NCBI GenBank assembly: GCA_030704615.1
Contig: CM060732.1
Location: forward strand, 66,836,001-66,900,000
Source of the DNA: Takakia lepidozioides
Lineage: Eukaryota > Plantae > Bryophyta
Direction: 5' to 3'
DNA length: 64,000 nucleotides
A program made the translations under genes and the position numbers. The number at the start of each line of letters is the position of its first letter. Positions within the stretch are counted from its first letter, which is position 1. The notes under the pieces were generated by a model. The model did no database searches and was not told the origin of the DNA. It saw nothing but the letters and a program-made list of their open reading frames with translations. Below are positions 26,084-39,715 of the stretch, in pieces.

Positions 26084-28623
26084 TCAGATGTCGGATAGCT
26101 GCTGCTGAAGGAAGGTAAGAAGCACTTCATTAAATTTGGCAAATTGCTCTTCATGTATGAAATGACCACCATCAAGGAGCACAATGTCCTTCAGATTGGG
26201 CACGAAATTCTTGAAGCCTGGACCTTCCATATCCTCCTTGACACCTGGAAATTGCAACACCACGTCCTCATTACCGGCGATAAACAAGGTCTTTGTTTGC
26301 GAATTTGACCATGGAGCCTTCAGCTCCCAATTCCTGCACAATTTGACAACCCCACTAAGTCAGTTTCCTTCCCGCTCTACTTTCAAGACGTCCAATACCA
26401 CGCCTTTCAACAACTTTCCATTCTCGTGCTGGGTTGTCTTTATTCTGGGTGCGATCGCTTATTTCAGCTAAGTATCGTACATTCGTGAATTCTGATAAAC
26501 ACTAAGCAACAGTCAGAATGAAATAAATGAGAACCATCTCAAGTCGGCTTTTCATCAGTGGTACATTTGTGTGTACTCTATCACCACTGTATGTCAGATT
26601 CTTTCTCCCCCTACATAAAGCTCAATCACCTAGTAGGACAGCCGTGTCTGCCTTCTCTCACCATCAATCTGCAGACAGTGTGATGACGACCTCTCCCATA
26701 AGCTCTGTCCCATAGCTCTATGAGCTTCTGCTGGACATTATCTCAAAAGAGGTAACACAATCGAATACTGAATGCCGCCCAAGTTCAGCTTAGACAACCA
26801 AAAATGCACCAAACTGGATAGGAAACACAATGAAACACAACCCAACTGTCTCAAACCAAATGAATGTGCTACTGGGGAAGAATGAAGACATCTCAGAAGA
26901 CATGGAGAAACAAGGCCCAACTTCATTGACATTCATGGCAGGAGCCATTGCCTTATCGTCAATTTAAACTCATGGCCACTGGTTCATGAAACTCCCAACT
27001 TTAATCAGACTAGTTTGTAAAAGGTACTCAGATGTGTTACATCCTTTGAGGATGGGAGCTCTGATAGAGGAAAAACTCAGGGAGGGAGATTATGCCAGTG
27101 AATTTTCAGGGTGAGCAGAATGCGTCAGTGCATCTTACAGCTCCTCACAATAACAGGGCAAAAAAATAAACGGGGAAGAGGTGCACCTGTCAGCATTACG
27201 ATAGTAATTGAGAGGACCACTGAAGCCAGACTTTTCATAGTTCTCAGTATAGTACTGGAGGTCTTCTTCAGTGAACCAAGGAGGCAGGTTCTTGTCGACA
27301 GGCAACGCACTAGAAGGTTCTATTTCCTCTGGTGCAATCAGGTTCTCCCTGAGCTTGATACTTGGAATAACCGATTTAAGGACTGTCTTGGTTCCTACAC
27401 TTGCATACTCCCGTTCTGCTTTTCCAGGTTCCTGCAACAAAATTGACACCAAGAAACAGGCGATTAGAAGTAAATAGGAGTCCCCATTTATAAACACGTC
27501 TCTGTCCATGTGTGTATCCTGGACCATGAGTGTCAATGTAGAATCGCAGCTACATACAAAGGCTGAAGATGAGCAGGACCGCGAGGGGCCATGAGGGTAC
27601 TGGGACCTGGAATCCGCACCATGAACGTTACTATAGAGTCGACTGGAGGCACCGATAAAAGATATCACTCATGTGGACTATGGGAAAATTACAGCTGCAG
27701 GGATTACCCTACTGCCTGAGTTATGTTCTCTCAGACCCCAAGTATAAAGCTTCAGCACAAAAAGTTTCGTCTGCACGTCAAGGGATTTAGTAGTGAGGGC
27801 CAATGAAATCCCTTAGCAATACATTTGCTCCCGTAGAAACATGTGAGCAAAGAACATTATGGTCAGCTCTTAAGCAAGCATCTGGATGTGGCCGAAACGA
27901 GTAGATCACTGACTGACCTGGAACCAGTTCAAATAGAACCCTTCCCCAAATACTGGAATTGCCTCTTTGAGACCGCTGCCACCTGCCAAACGTGGACGAA
28001 AGGGAACGCTGACTGCTACATATGCTCTAACCCGATCAGGCCGTAGCAAGCAGAGATCCCATGCAATAATAGCCCCCCAGTCATAAGCCACCACAAAAAC
28101 CTGCAGTGGAAAATAGTACCAGAGTCATGAAAGTGCAGAATGTGGTACCTACAAAATAGACAAAAATATTGATCGACATATGAAGAGTCCTCGTGCCATT
28201 AATAACCCCCCGCAAAATCTCCTGATCATGCGAACAACAGTAGCTGAATATCTATCCCAGGACATGCTAACAAACATTTATGCTACGATCCCAAACTGGG
28301 AGGATGGTAAGACAAGAGGAGGAAGACAAATGACAAAGAAGGAGGAGCTAGTAGGCTACGGGGGAGAAGGAGATGCAGATACATGGTGCAGTAGTATAAG
28401 CAAATGGATGAACAAGAAGCCAGGCAGCTTCAAGATCGCATCCATACCATAACATTTGGTGCAGAATCCATGGATTTATAGTACCTGTTTCAGCAAGCCA
28501 ATGAGATCTCCTATCAATGGCTGTGGGAGCATCTGTCTGGCCATAACCACGCAAGTCAGGCGCTACAACATGGAAGCCAGCTTCAAATAGGAATTTGGTG
28601 ACGCCATGACTACCACAACTCCG
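26084..28623 (-). pseudogene. Soluble epoxide hydrolase (alpha/beta hydrolase), 5'-truncated pseudogene
   Basis: Exons ~28623-28485, 28100-27918, 27431-27187 and 26333-26084. Motifs ELW*SWRHQI, VVAPDLRGYGQTD, YDWGAIIAW, GFSGPLNYYRN and GGHFIHEE. Exon 1 has a stop, frameshifts and no HGFP motif. Confidence 0.85.
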
Positions 28624-31600
28624 AGGCTTGCACACCCATTGCAAACATGTGATGTGGTTGGGTTCACCCTTTTGCGCAGCATTTGCTCATATCGCCAAAG
28701 CATTCCTACCACACCCATGCATGGTAAATCCTGGGCAGTTGCAGGGTTGAGTGGACCAAAAATGGCAAATCCTGCTCCATGAAAGTCCTTGACAAAAATA
28801 AAAATAAAAATTGAGGATACTATCCAAAATATTTTTTTTATGATAGATAATGGTATACTGAACATATTTAATAAAGAGTCCTACCCAAAATATTAAAGAT
28901 ATAATTCATTAAACATTTATTTAGAGAAATGATGAAAAACTAAAAATTGGAGTTTACAAAAACAATTCAATATCCCACCGAGCCATTGAAGATTATAGGT
29001 TTTTATACTTCTAAAAAAAAAATGACACCCAAAATCTAGAAAACAAGATGAGCTATGGACTTTTCAAAAAACGTCTATTATATATATATATTAGTCAATA
29101 TGAGTCAAATGACAAATGATTTTGCCACTTCAAATCCATACCTATAATGTGGACCAAAATGGCCACCTTATGTCCAAATTTCCATGGAATTCACCAATGG
29201 CACGTATGAGAACTTGAGTCCATTGTAACTCCATTCACTACTGTAACAGTCCACAATGACGGTGTTCAAAAGTCCATAGCAGAGTCATTTCTTATCGGAT
29301 TCATGATTGGAGAGTTGCTATGGGTGCGTATTGAAGCTAGGAATCCAATGAAATATATATTTGCTGATTTTAATAGTTAATTCAAATTCAATTGATGACA
29401 CCATCAATTGCAGTAATCTAAAATTGTGCCGGTAACGTCCATTTTGGTCCAGTCAACCCTGCATTCACCCTCCTGCCAACATTATATTCCACGTGATCAA
29501 AGATCGCTGAGGCATTCTGTAGAAATCTTGGCGAGCATCCATAATGCTCCCACACTTAATATACATGTTGACAAGGGTGTTGAGTAGAAAAAATATTTGG
29601 CATGAATCCACTTTGGATAATGTGAGTGTGCACCTGACCCCAGCTTCCAGACCTAGAGCCTTTGTTAGTCTACTTGCCTCACAAAGCATCTTCACATGCC
29701 ATGCAGAAGAGGCATTGTGGACTCCCTCTCTTGATCCTCTTTCAGAAGCTGCAGTCATGGTTGAGGTGCCTGATTTTATCAACTGTGCCACTGCAGCTGC
29801 TGCCCTTAGTTGACCATCTACCCATTTAGGTTTCTTGTAGCTATTGATCCACATGGAATCTCAGGTAATCTGGAGCTTGAAGTCTGGCCCTCTTGGATGA
29901 ATCTGGACCCATACTCTATCCCTTCTCCTTCAGCTACCCATGCATCTGCACAAATCATGCATTCATCTTTGCCCTTGCTGCTAGCAGCTGACAATGACAA
30001 CATACGAAACACCCAATCAAACTAGTTCTTATGCTGAATTGCGTCTGCTGTTCTCTGTCATCTAACAGGCATTCAATTTTTTGCCTCGGTTGTCCCTCCA
30101 TTCACTGGGGTCAACAAAGTATTCATTCCACACCTTCTCCTCATCTCTGTTATCTGTTTTGGATACTTTCTTGCTGCCACATCGGCAGTTACTTGTCATA
30201 GTCATTCCAAACCGCCACAGATCCACCCAACGAGCTAACTTACAGAATTCAATATGCATCTCAGGGCCGAGTCTGATGAGAGGGCAAAACAGGCTGAAAT
30301 AGGTCAAAGAAGAAGGTGCCCTCACCACATTGTCCTTGACAATTCAATATGCATCTCAGGGCCGAGTCTGATAAGAGGGAAAAACAGGCTGAATTAGGTC
30401 GAAGAAGAAGGTGCCCTCACCACATTTTCCAAGGCCTCCATACCACGCCCCTGTTGTGCACACCCTGCAAGCATCATGTTCCACGTGATGAAAGATCGTT
30501 GAGGCATTCTATTGAACACTTGGTGAGCATCCATGATGCTCCCGCATATAACATACATGTTGACAAGGGTGTTGAGTAGAAAAATATTTGGCGTACACTT
30601 TGGATAATGTGAGTGTGCACCTGCTTTCCAGCTTCAAGGCCTTTTCATCTTGATGCACTTATGCAAGAGACACACATACGTATCTGAATCTGCTGAAATG
30701 CCTCCTTGATTTAAAGTCAGTAGAGCATTTTTCAGTCTGCCTGCCTCACAAAGCATCTTCACACATGCCCATAAGTGCTAGAAGAGGCATTGTGGACTCC
30801 CTCTCTTGATCCTCTTCCAGAAGCTGTGGTCATGGTTGAGGTGCTTAATTTTATTAACTGTGCCCACTGCAGCAGCTACCTTTGGCGATGCAACCATGCA
30901 CTTCTTTGTATCTGGTAATCTGACAGGCATTCACCTTGGTACAATTCCAGCTCTGAAGATGTCGCCATGCACCTCTTTCCCCTTTTCCAAAGCTGCCTAG
31001 GCAGTGTTCAGATTGACATTTGGCACAATTCCAGTTTTGATGATATCCCCATGCACCTCTTGCCCTTCTCCAGGGCTGCCAGGCTTGCACAAGCATTACA
31101 AATGCACACACACATGATGTGCTTCCCCCATCATTTGCTCATAAGTCTCCAAAGCCTCTATCCCACGTCCCTGCCGTGCATACCCTGCAAGCATCGCACT
31201 CCACGACACCACATCTCGTTCAGCCATAGTGTCGAACACTCCCTTTGCATCCTAGATGCACCCACATTTTGCAAGCATGTTCACTACGGTTTAGTTCAGA
31301 ATGACATCTGGTACAATTCCAGCTCTGAAGATGTCGCCATGCACCTCTTTCCCATTTTCCAAAGCTGCCAGGGCAGTGTTCAGATTGACATTGGGCACAA
31401 TTCCAGCTTTGATGATATCCCCATGCACCTCTTGCCCTTCTCCAGGGCTGCCAGGCTTGCACAAGCAGTACAAATGCACACACACATGATATGCTTCCCC
31501 CATCATTTGCTCATAAGTCTCCAAAGCCTCCATCCCACGTCCCTGCCATGCATACCCTGCAAGCATCACACTCCACGACACCACATCTCGCTCAGCCATA

Positions 31601-33200
31601 GTGTCGAACGTTCCCTTTGCATCCTAGATGCACCCACATTTTGCAAATATGTCCACCAGGGTATTGTTCAGAATGACATCTGGTACAATTCCAGCTCTAA
31701 AGATGTCGCCATGGACCTCTTTCCCCTTTTCCAAAGCTGCCAAGGCAGTGTTCATAATGACATTTGGTACAATTCCAGCTTTGATGATATCACCATGCAC
31801 CTCTTTGCCCTTGTCCAGGGCTCGATGCACCCACATTTTGCATACATGTCCCCCAGGGTATGGTTCAAAATGACATTTGGTACAATTCCAGCTCTGAAGA
31901 TGTCGCCATGGACCTCTTTCCCCTTTTCCAGAGCTGCCAGGGCAGTGTTCAGAATTACATTTGGTACAATTCCAGCTTTGATGATATCCCCATGCACCTC
32001 TTTGCCCTTGTCAAGGGCTGCCAGGCTTGCACAAGCATTGCAAATGCATACAAACATGATGTGGCCGGGCTTCACCCCTTCCCCCATCATTTGATCATAG
32101 GTCTCCAAAGCCTCCATCCCACGTCCATGTTGTGCATACCATGCCCGCATCACACTCCATGACATCGCATCTCGTTCAGCCATAGTGTCGAAACTCCATT
32201 TGCATCCTCAATGCATCTACATTTGGCATACATGTCCAGGTTAGGGCAGTGTTCAGAGTGACATCTGGTGCAATTCTAGCTTTGACAGACGTCACCATGG
32301 ACCTCTTTCCCCTTTTCCAGGCTTGCACACGCATTGCAAACACAAACAAATGTGATGTGGTTGGGCTTTACCCCTTCGCGCATCATTACCTCACAGGTCT
32401 GCAAAGCATTCGTACCACGCCCATGCTTGGTAATCCTGCCAACATTATATTCCACGTGATCAAAGATCGTTGAGGCATTCCGTGTTGAACACTTGGTGAT
32501 CATCCATGATGCTCCCCTTAACATACATGTTCACAAGAGTGTTGAGTAGAAAGACGTTCGGAATCCACTTTGGACAATGTGAGTGTGCACCTGCTTTCCA
32601 GCTTCCAGACCTTTCTTGATGCACTTATGCAAGAGACACACATACGTATCTACATTTGCTGAAATGCCTCCATGGTGTAAAGTCTGTAGAGCCACTTTCA
32701 GTCTGCCTACCTCATAAAGCATCTTCACATGCCCATAAGTGCCAGAAAAGGCATTGTGGACTCCCTCTCTTGATCCTCTTTCAGAAGTTGTGGTCATGGT
32801 TGAGGTGCCTGATTTTATCAACTGTGCTGCTTTCAGCTGACCATCTACCCATGGAGGTTTCTTGTAGCTATCCTTCCACAGGGATCCATAGGTAATCTGG
32901 AGCTTGAAATCCGACCCTCTTGGATGAATATGGACCCACACTCTATCCTACCCCTTTAGCTATCACTGCCTCTGCACAAATCATGCATACATCCTTGCCT
33001 TGCTGCCAATGCGATCATCGCACTCCACGACACCACATCTCGTTGAGCCACAATCGAACACTACCTTCACATCTTCAATGCTCTCGCATTCGGCATATAT
33101 GTCCACCAGGGCGGTGTTTAGAATGACAAACCCTACAATTCCACCTTTCACGATGTCACCATGGACCTTCCATGTCAGTTCCAGGTGGAGGCAGTACATA
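28624..33200 (-). pseudogene. Rearranged tandem fragments of a PLS-class PPR gene with N-terminal PDF-motif (OSB-type) segments
   Basis: Repeated AERDVVSWSVMLAGYA, CASLAALDKGKEVHGDII and NTLVDMYAKCG motifs. Also WNEYFVDPSEWRDNR and PRGSDFKLQITYGSLWKDSYKKPPWV. Many frameshifts and internal duplications. Confidence 0.85.
28733..29470. mobile_element. MITE-like element, ~32-bp TIR, 4-bp TSD TCCT; same TIR family as 21909-22243
   Basis: TIR GGG....TGCAGGGTTGA.TGGACCAAAA. An empty site is preserved in the PPR paralog at ~32430. Confidence 0.8.
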
Positions 33201-33499
33201 TTAAAATATGCAAGCCCCCAATGTCAGATTTTGTTTGCCTATTATTGTGAAACACACGTCAGCAAATGTGCCCCTAAGCACGGGTGTAATCAATGCGCAG
33301 TGGTTCATGGAGTCGTTGAGTCGACTACATATTCACTTTAATGAATAAATATCTTTATTCCATTAATCAAATTCGAAATGTAAATTTCTAGTCACATGTG
33401 CAGTAATTAGAACCACTTGTATTTTCAGCTTTTTAAAATTTTATGTATTTACACAATTAATTAAATAGCCGCGATTATTGCTACGACTCCGGAGTCATT

Positions 33500-36400
33500 G
33501 ACCCAACTTCTATCCGCCGTCTGAAATACCTCGGTGGGCCTTCATTGTCCGTTTCGACTCTTTAGTAGTCCCGTGTACTGCCAAGTGGTTCCCGGAGTGG
33601 TTGGCGGACACCTGGTTGATTCGGAAAATACACGAATGCTTCTAGTGGAGCGAAGGATGGGACGAGTTGAGGAAAAGGTGTTGTCTCAAGGTCTCTTGGA
33701 ATGTAGTTGGATTTTGTTTGATTAAGAAGGGCTAAATTTATTCCAGGCTCTCCAAATAGAGGACCAAAGAGGAGATCCAATTACCTTGTGATTAAATTCT
33801 TGAGTGATCCATCGTGTAGATGGTGCCCAGGCAGTAGATTGAAGGGGGGAGCTGGTAGAGATGTTATAAGCAGCTTCCACCAGCCACCCTCTGGACCAAG
33901 GAAACGAAGGAGCCATTTCCCCAGCAAGGCTTGGATCTGAGTCCCTGGATCCAAGACTCCCAAACCGCCCTTCTTCTTAGGCTGACAGATCTGATTCCAA
34001 GAAATCTGTGGCCACTTGTTTTGCGAGGAAGATTGAGCCCCCCAGATAAAGTTGTGGATGCATCTTTTAACCTCCTGAACGAATTTGTGGATGCATAATA
34101 CCATATCCCTGCCTGTAGGATCTGGTTTGCAACAAGGGCTCTTCCCGTGATGGAAAGAAATTTGGACCCCCAGTAAACCAGGTGGTGTTTTAGCTTGGAG
34201 ATAGTGGGTTCCATCCTCTGTTCATCAGAAATGTTGTTGCCAAATGTGTGGCCCAACAGAGTGGTTGTTTCACCATCCTTGAGCCAGACAAGGCCTAGAC
34301 CCGATCCCCATGTTGGGACAATCCCTTTATTGGACTTAGAAATATCACCTATCAACAATGCTTTTGTTTTAGACCAGTTGACACGGAACCCAGAAATGCT
34401 GCAGAATTTAAGAAAGGTATCTTAGCTGCCAGCAGGGTTGAAGGATGAGCTTCCAAAAGCAGAAATGTGTCTGTACAAACATAGAGTCTTTTACTTGGAT
34501 CTACATCTGGGATTTAGGGTTTTTGAGTCTAAGACCTTTGACAAGAAGATTGTCATCCAAAAGGTACCCTAGGGCGTCAGCCACGAAAAGGAAGAAGGGG
34601 CCAATGGGCACCCTTACCTGACAGATCTCTGCAATTGAAAGGGCTTGGAAACATGGTCGTTGATAATGACCCGACTGGAGGAGTTGAACAACATAATCTT
34701 GACCCATTGACAGAAGCCTGGCGGTAGACCCACTCTGTGCAAGATTGCCAGAAGGAAGTTCTAATCGACTCTGTCGAATGCCTTCTCAAAGTCCAGAAGC
34801 CAGAGTGCTATCGCTTGATTGAAATTTTTAGCGTAGATGGATGCTTCCTGGGCTAAGAGAACGTTGTCTAAGATGTATCTGCCTTGAATGAATCCAGCTT
34901 GGCCAGTTCGAATGATGGAAGGGAGCAGGGGTTGGATGCGAAGAGCCAAGGCTTTAGCTATGATTTTGTAGGACACATTCAGCAATGTGATAGGTCTGTA
35001 GTTGCTGATATTTGCTTTGTCTCCTTTTTTGAACAGCAGGGTAATGACCCCTTGCAACATCTGTTCTGGCATAAGTTTTTTTTTTTTTTTTTTTTTCGTT
35101 GGCCATGTTGCAGAAGTTTGCAGACAAATTTGGCCAGAGGGTTTTGAAGAATTCCACTGGCATGCCATCGATCCCCGGGGTCTTGTTGTAGCTCATTTGT
35201 TTGAAGGCCATTTCTAGTTCTTTCTCAGTGAATTCAGCTTGCAGGGGATCCCAGTCGGAGGGCTTCACCTTAACCGGAATGGACTGCAAGCATTGTTCGA
35301 GAATGGGTATTGAGTTGAGGTCTTGAGGGTCTCTGGTAAAAAGCGAGCTGAAATGAGAGAAGGCTTTACTGCAGAGGTCTCTAGGGATGGAGGATTTGGT
35401 GCCTATGTTGTCTATGTAGAGTTCAGTGATATTTTGAAGAGCCCTTCTCTGCTTCATTTTTTGGAAAAAAAATTGTACATTTTCTCTCCTTTAGCTGACC
35501 AGTTGATCCCTACCTGCATTTGCATTTTTTGCTCCTGCAGAAGTTGGAACTTACCTAGATTCGTACGAGCCTCAAGGTGTCGCGCACCTCACTTCGGTAA
35601 GCTCCCCTTCAAGTCATAGTTACTCGCTTTGATGCGCGCGCCTAACTCCCAATCTGGGCGCTTGGCCAACTTGGAGCTTCGGCTCCTCACCGGGACATAA
35701 CGGTCCCCCTGTACTCTTCCAAAAGACCCTCCACCAATTTGGGCCTAGTGGAAATTCCCTTTGGTAGATGGCAGTCCGGAATAGCTTCCCACTCCTTGGT
35801 CGCTTTCCAGCTCGCTCGCTTACTCACTAGTTTTGGTCACTAACGGGCTTGCACCGTTCTCGGGGTTACTACTCCTTATATATACTTCTGTGATTGTCCG
35901 TGGGGGTTTCACAAACAACCATGCCATTTTATGGGGAACCACCATGAAAACCCTCGACTCCCGGTGATGAGTCGCGGTGAGTCTTGGCCCACCCACCATG
36001 GCCCCATTGGACCGTGATGAGTCCCAAGACTCCCCACGACTCCCACCACAAGGTCTCTGCCCCATGGTGAGTCCTATGCCACCCCCCACTAAGTCCCGCT
36101 AAGCTACCACCACCCCTTGTGGAGCCACCCCCACCGCAACCCGGTGTGTGGGGCTCCACCTAGTGAGCGCCTCCGCCTCCTTGAGTGCCTTGGGCACTCA
36201 AGGGTGCTTCAGCCCCCCGTACCTATCGTTGCCACTGCCCCCACCACAGGGGCAGCCCCTCCTGTGTCTCGACCCCCTGCCCTCAAGGCAAAGGACCGCG
36301 ACACAAAGTATGTCTGGAATGTAAGTTCGTCACAAGAGTTGGTTTCAATGGCTTTTTGACAGATGCCTAGACATTTTTTGAGGGCAAAGATACGTCTCTT

Positions 36401-37354
36401 TTGGGCAACGGAGATTTCCCTACTAAGATCTTGGCTTGATTTGCTGCAGGCGGCGAGCTTAGCTTGGAATTGCAAGATACGGCAGGCTAAGGCTACGGTC
36501 CAGTATTGACCCACTCTTTTTCCAAGGAGGCATTGAAGGATTGGTTTTGGAGGTGAGTCGAGTTTAGCTTGTAAATGCCTCTCCCGTTTTTCTAAGCAAA
36601 AGGCAGTACAATAGAGGCTGTGACCACAACATGATCAAATCCTTGTGTAATAGGTTCCTGGGGCCATAAATAGGCTCCGTTGGACAGGGCAAAGGAAATG
36701 CATATTCTATCTAGACGGGCCATTGAAAGGTCATGGAGTCGACGGTTATTGGACCAGGTAAAGGCCTTGGGGCTGAGTGGTAGGCTCTATGAGATTATGA
36801 GTTTGGGAGAGAAGAAGCCATGTAGCCTCTTCTTCAGCATTTAAATGAAGTGCTGAACTTCCCAACCGGTCATTGTCACTTTCAATCATGTTGAAGTCTC
36901 CCGCGACAATCCATGTGTGAGTAGTGTCTTATTCTGTCATTTGTTCATTGATTTTTCCCCAGAGGAAGGTTCTCTCTAGGGTTGAATTAGGCGTGTAGAT
37001 GTTTACAAACCCCAAAGGTTGTGGATCATTTGGGAGTCTAAGTGAACATAATTGAACACGTCTAGGCTCCCAAATCTCTTCTTTTATCAGGTCTTGTTTG
37101 AGAGACGGAGCGAGCAAGATGGCCGTCCCTCCCTTTGTTCCTTCAGAGGAGGGCTTCCAAAGAGCGGAGGAGAGAGGCCAAAGATGGTCTGAGAGGGAAG
37201 CTATTTTCAGTTGATTCAATTTATGTTCCTGTAGAAAGACTATAGAATCAGATTGTTGTAGAGGTGGCAACCAGGCTCTGAGCTTGGTTTTTTTAATGCT
37301 AGAGTGCTCCGAACCTATGCCTCTAATGTTCCACGATGAGAGATTAATCTTCAT
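33500..37354 (-). mobile_element. Degenerate L1/Tx1-like LINE ORF2 (APE endonuclease + RT)
   Basis: SWNIRGIG, VFLQEHKL, GTKGGTAILL and VNIYTPN (endonuclease); KTPGIDG, NYRPITLLNVSYKIIAK and LDFEKAFDRVD (RT); ISWNQICQPKKKGGLG. Confidence 0.9.
35578..36303. mobile_element. Solo LTR inserted in the LINE
   Basis: TGTCGCG...CGCGACA termini, 5-bp TSD CAAGG/CAAAG, and an internal TATA-like box at ~35876. Confidence 0.8.
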
Positions 37355-37560
37355 CTGGGTTAGGGGGCAGGCTGAGTGGTTTGACTCAAATGATGGCCTG
37401 GAAAGGTGAAAGCAAAATTTTGTCCTTTTGTCCGAGGGTAGTGGGGAGGCAATCCAACAATGATGAAGAGGGGCTGCAAATACCGGTTTCTTGAGCTCAA
37501 TGATCAACACCATGGCTACATAAATTAAGAGCAGCAGAGCAAATGATGAATAAATCTAAG

Positions 37561-37821
37561 CCACCTAGGGCACATCAGCTGGTAGCTCATAGCTGTGCAC
37601 ATCAGTTGGTAAGTGCACAGTGTGTCGCCCAAGTGGTTCAAGGTTCAAACCCGTTGCCCTGCCTGGTGTGTGGATTGTTCATGACCGGTTGATCTGGTGG
37701 TGACGTTTCCCACCTGTGTGCCTAATGGCTTATCTGAAAGGGGGTTAATTTTTTCCCCCTCCTCAAGGGCCTGAATTGTGAGCAGTCGCCCTCAGGTTTC
37801 TTATATATATATATATATATA
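37561..37821 (+). mobile_element. Probable tRNA-derived SINE
   Basis: A-box-like GGTAGCTCA/TCAGTTGGTAAG, B box GGTTCAAACCC (37642-37652), and a (TA)n tail. Confidence 0.5.
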
Positions 37822-38918
37822 AGGGTCCCAAATTCTGGTGGGGGCTCCTCCTAAAGGTAGAAAAAAGAGAAGATTCGAGCGGCCAATGGGGAGGGAGGGC
37901 ACCTCTGTTGGAATGGGTGAAATGTGAGGCCATCTGTAGAGGCTGGCTTAGAAGTAGGAGGGTGGCCCTTCTTCTAGTTCAAGAGCTTTTCTAAATATTC
38001 CCGAGAAGTAGGAGAAGGTGGTGGGGATGAGGCTATGGGCGGCTTCGCAAGTGACTTGAGACACTTTGGTGGGCTCCGCAAGCAGAGCCCTTAAAAACTA
38101 AATTTGGAATCGGAACCATCTTCAAATGTAGAGAAATGAGAGAGCCCATTGTCATTTCAGGCTTGTTTGATGGGCATAGAGGCCCGTTGACTCAATAGGA
38201 CAAGGAGAAAGGGCGATACTACATTAGCGGCAAGAAGGGCAGCTCGACACTCAATTTCGGACCCTCCTATTGGTTTAAGGGAGGGTAGTGTATCGCTCAA
38301 CCCACCACACTAGCGGCTGCTAGCGGCGGAGAGGCGTTGACATGGCTCCGACTTGGCGCCTACATGTCCCATTACCGTGAAATATGGATTTCCAGGCTCT
38401 GTCCCCTAGAAATCCACAATTTTAGGAAGACATTATGTGGTGACGCGATTCTACCGCCATCGCGAAGCTAGTCTCTCAGCCTCCGTCATGCGATGTCAAA
38501 GGTTCTAGGAATTGGTTATTTTTAGGATGAAAAGACAAGGTAGTTGCAATTTTTTTCTCTCTCGGTGGCATGAATTGGGGTACATAATGTGGGTCATTGC
38601 CACTTGGTGATATGGACCTATATCATCCAACAATCCCTAGCCTGCAACGTCCACATTAGTGCCGTTGGTGTGCCGCTAGTGTGGTAAGGCCCTAAATAAC
38701 TTTAGAGGAGCCATGATGCAAGACACCACAATGCGTCGGCAATAATTTCTCCCTTTTTGGGGGGCAAGGGAAACACCAAGGAGCCACCGCCCACAAATCC
38801 AGCCCTTAATTGTAGTTAGAGGAGAAAATAACCTCTTTCCTAATAACCTCGCCATGCCTAGCACAAGGCTGAGGGGGAGAAGATCATACCACATTCGACA
38901 AGGTAGTAGGATTAGAAC

Positions 38919-39655
38919 CAGTGGTTGGACTAGTATCAAGTTTTTTACATACCACTCTGGTCAATTTTTTACATACCAGAACTTTCATGCCAGTCTGGTC
39001 TATATTGGTGGATGTATTTTTCTCCAGATTTGGTACCAGTATGAGTATCAGACCACAATACGAGCTGGTATGAGATATCAACTGTGGTATCATTCCAAGA
39101 CCATCTTGAATTACAAGGTTATCAAATAGCAAGTATTAAGTGAAAATAAATAAAATACACATAAAGAAAAATATGTTCTAGATAGCTTTCGTTATGTTCT
39201 AGATAGTTCTTCTGCTATGCCATTGCTCTCATAGATCGCTTCACCCTCAGGGTGGAATTGAAAGTTCAATCATTTGGTTCGTTCAAAGACTTGGTTCCTT
39301 TGTCACTGACTTGGTGTGTGTGCCTCATGGTTGGCTCAGGGTTTTTATTTTTTTCCCCTAAATAATTCCAAATAAATCAATAAAATCTCAAGGGCCATTA
39401 TCCCCTGTTCATTTTTATTAAAAAAAACAAGTATATAGGCATATGCACACATAAATTAGTATAGTACACAATACACATACCAGAGTAAATGAGGAAGACT
39501 GCCGGGGAGTACTGGTATTGTGGTTGGTATGAAAAAACTAATACAAGCCTGGTTAGGTATATGACCAAGTATTCTCCAAATGATACCAGACTGGTCTGGT
39601 ATCTAATACCAGTACATATACTAGTATGTATATATACTAGCCCTTCACAACACTG
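38919..39655. mobile_element. Possible non-autonomous hAT-like element with ATACCAG subrepeats
   Basis: CAGTG...CACTG termini and many ATACCAG/CTGGTAT repeats. The 8-bp TSD is not convincing. Confidence 0.4.
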
Positions 39656-39660
39656 ATTAT

Positions 39661-39715
39661 GTTCGAGAATCACCAGGGTAACCGTCAATGCTCTATCCAA
39701 CTGAGCTACCTGTGG
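39661..39715 (-). other. tRNA-like 5' half (SINE head or tRNA pseudogene fragment)
   Basis: GGTAGCTCAGTTGGATAGAGCA D-arm/A box; no complete T arm or acceptor stem. Confidence 0.5.

Noticed and set aside
30967-32094. 375-aa plus-strand ORF
   Set aside because: Antisense shadow of the repetitive minus-strand PPR fragments.
39661-39715. Functional tRNA gene
   Set aside because: Only the D-arm half is present; there is no T arm or acceptor stem.
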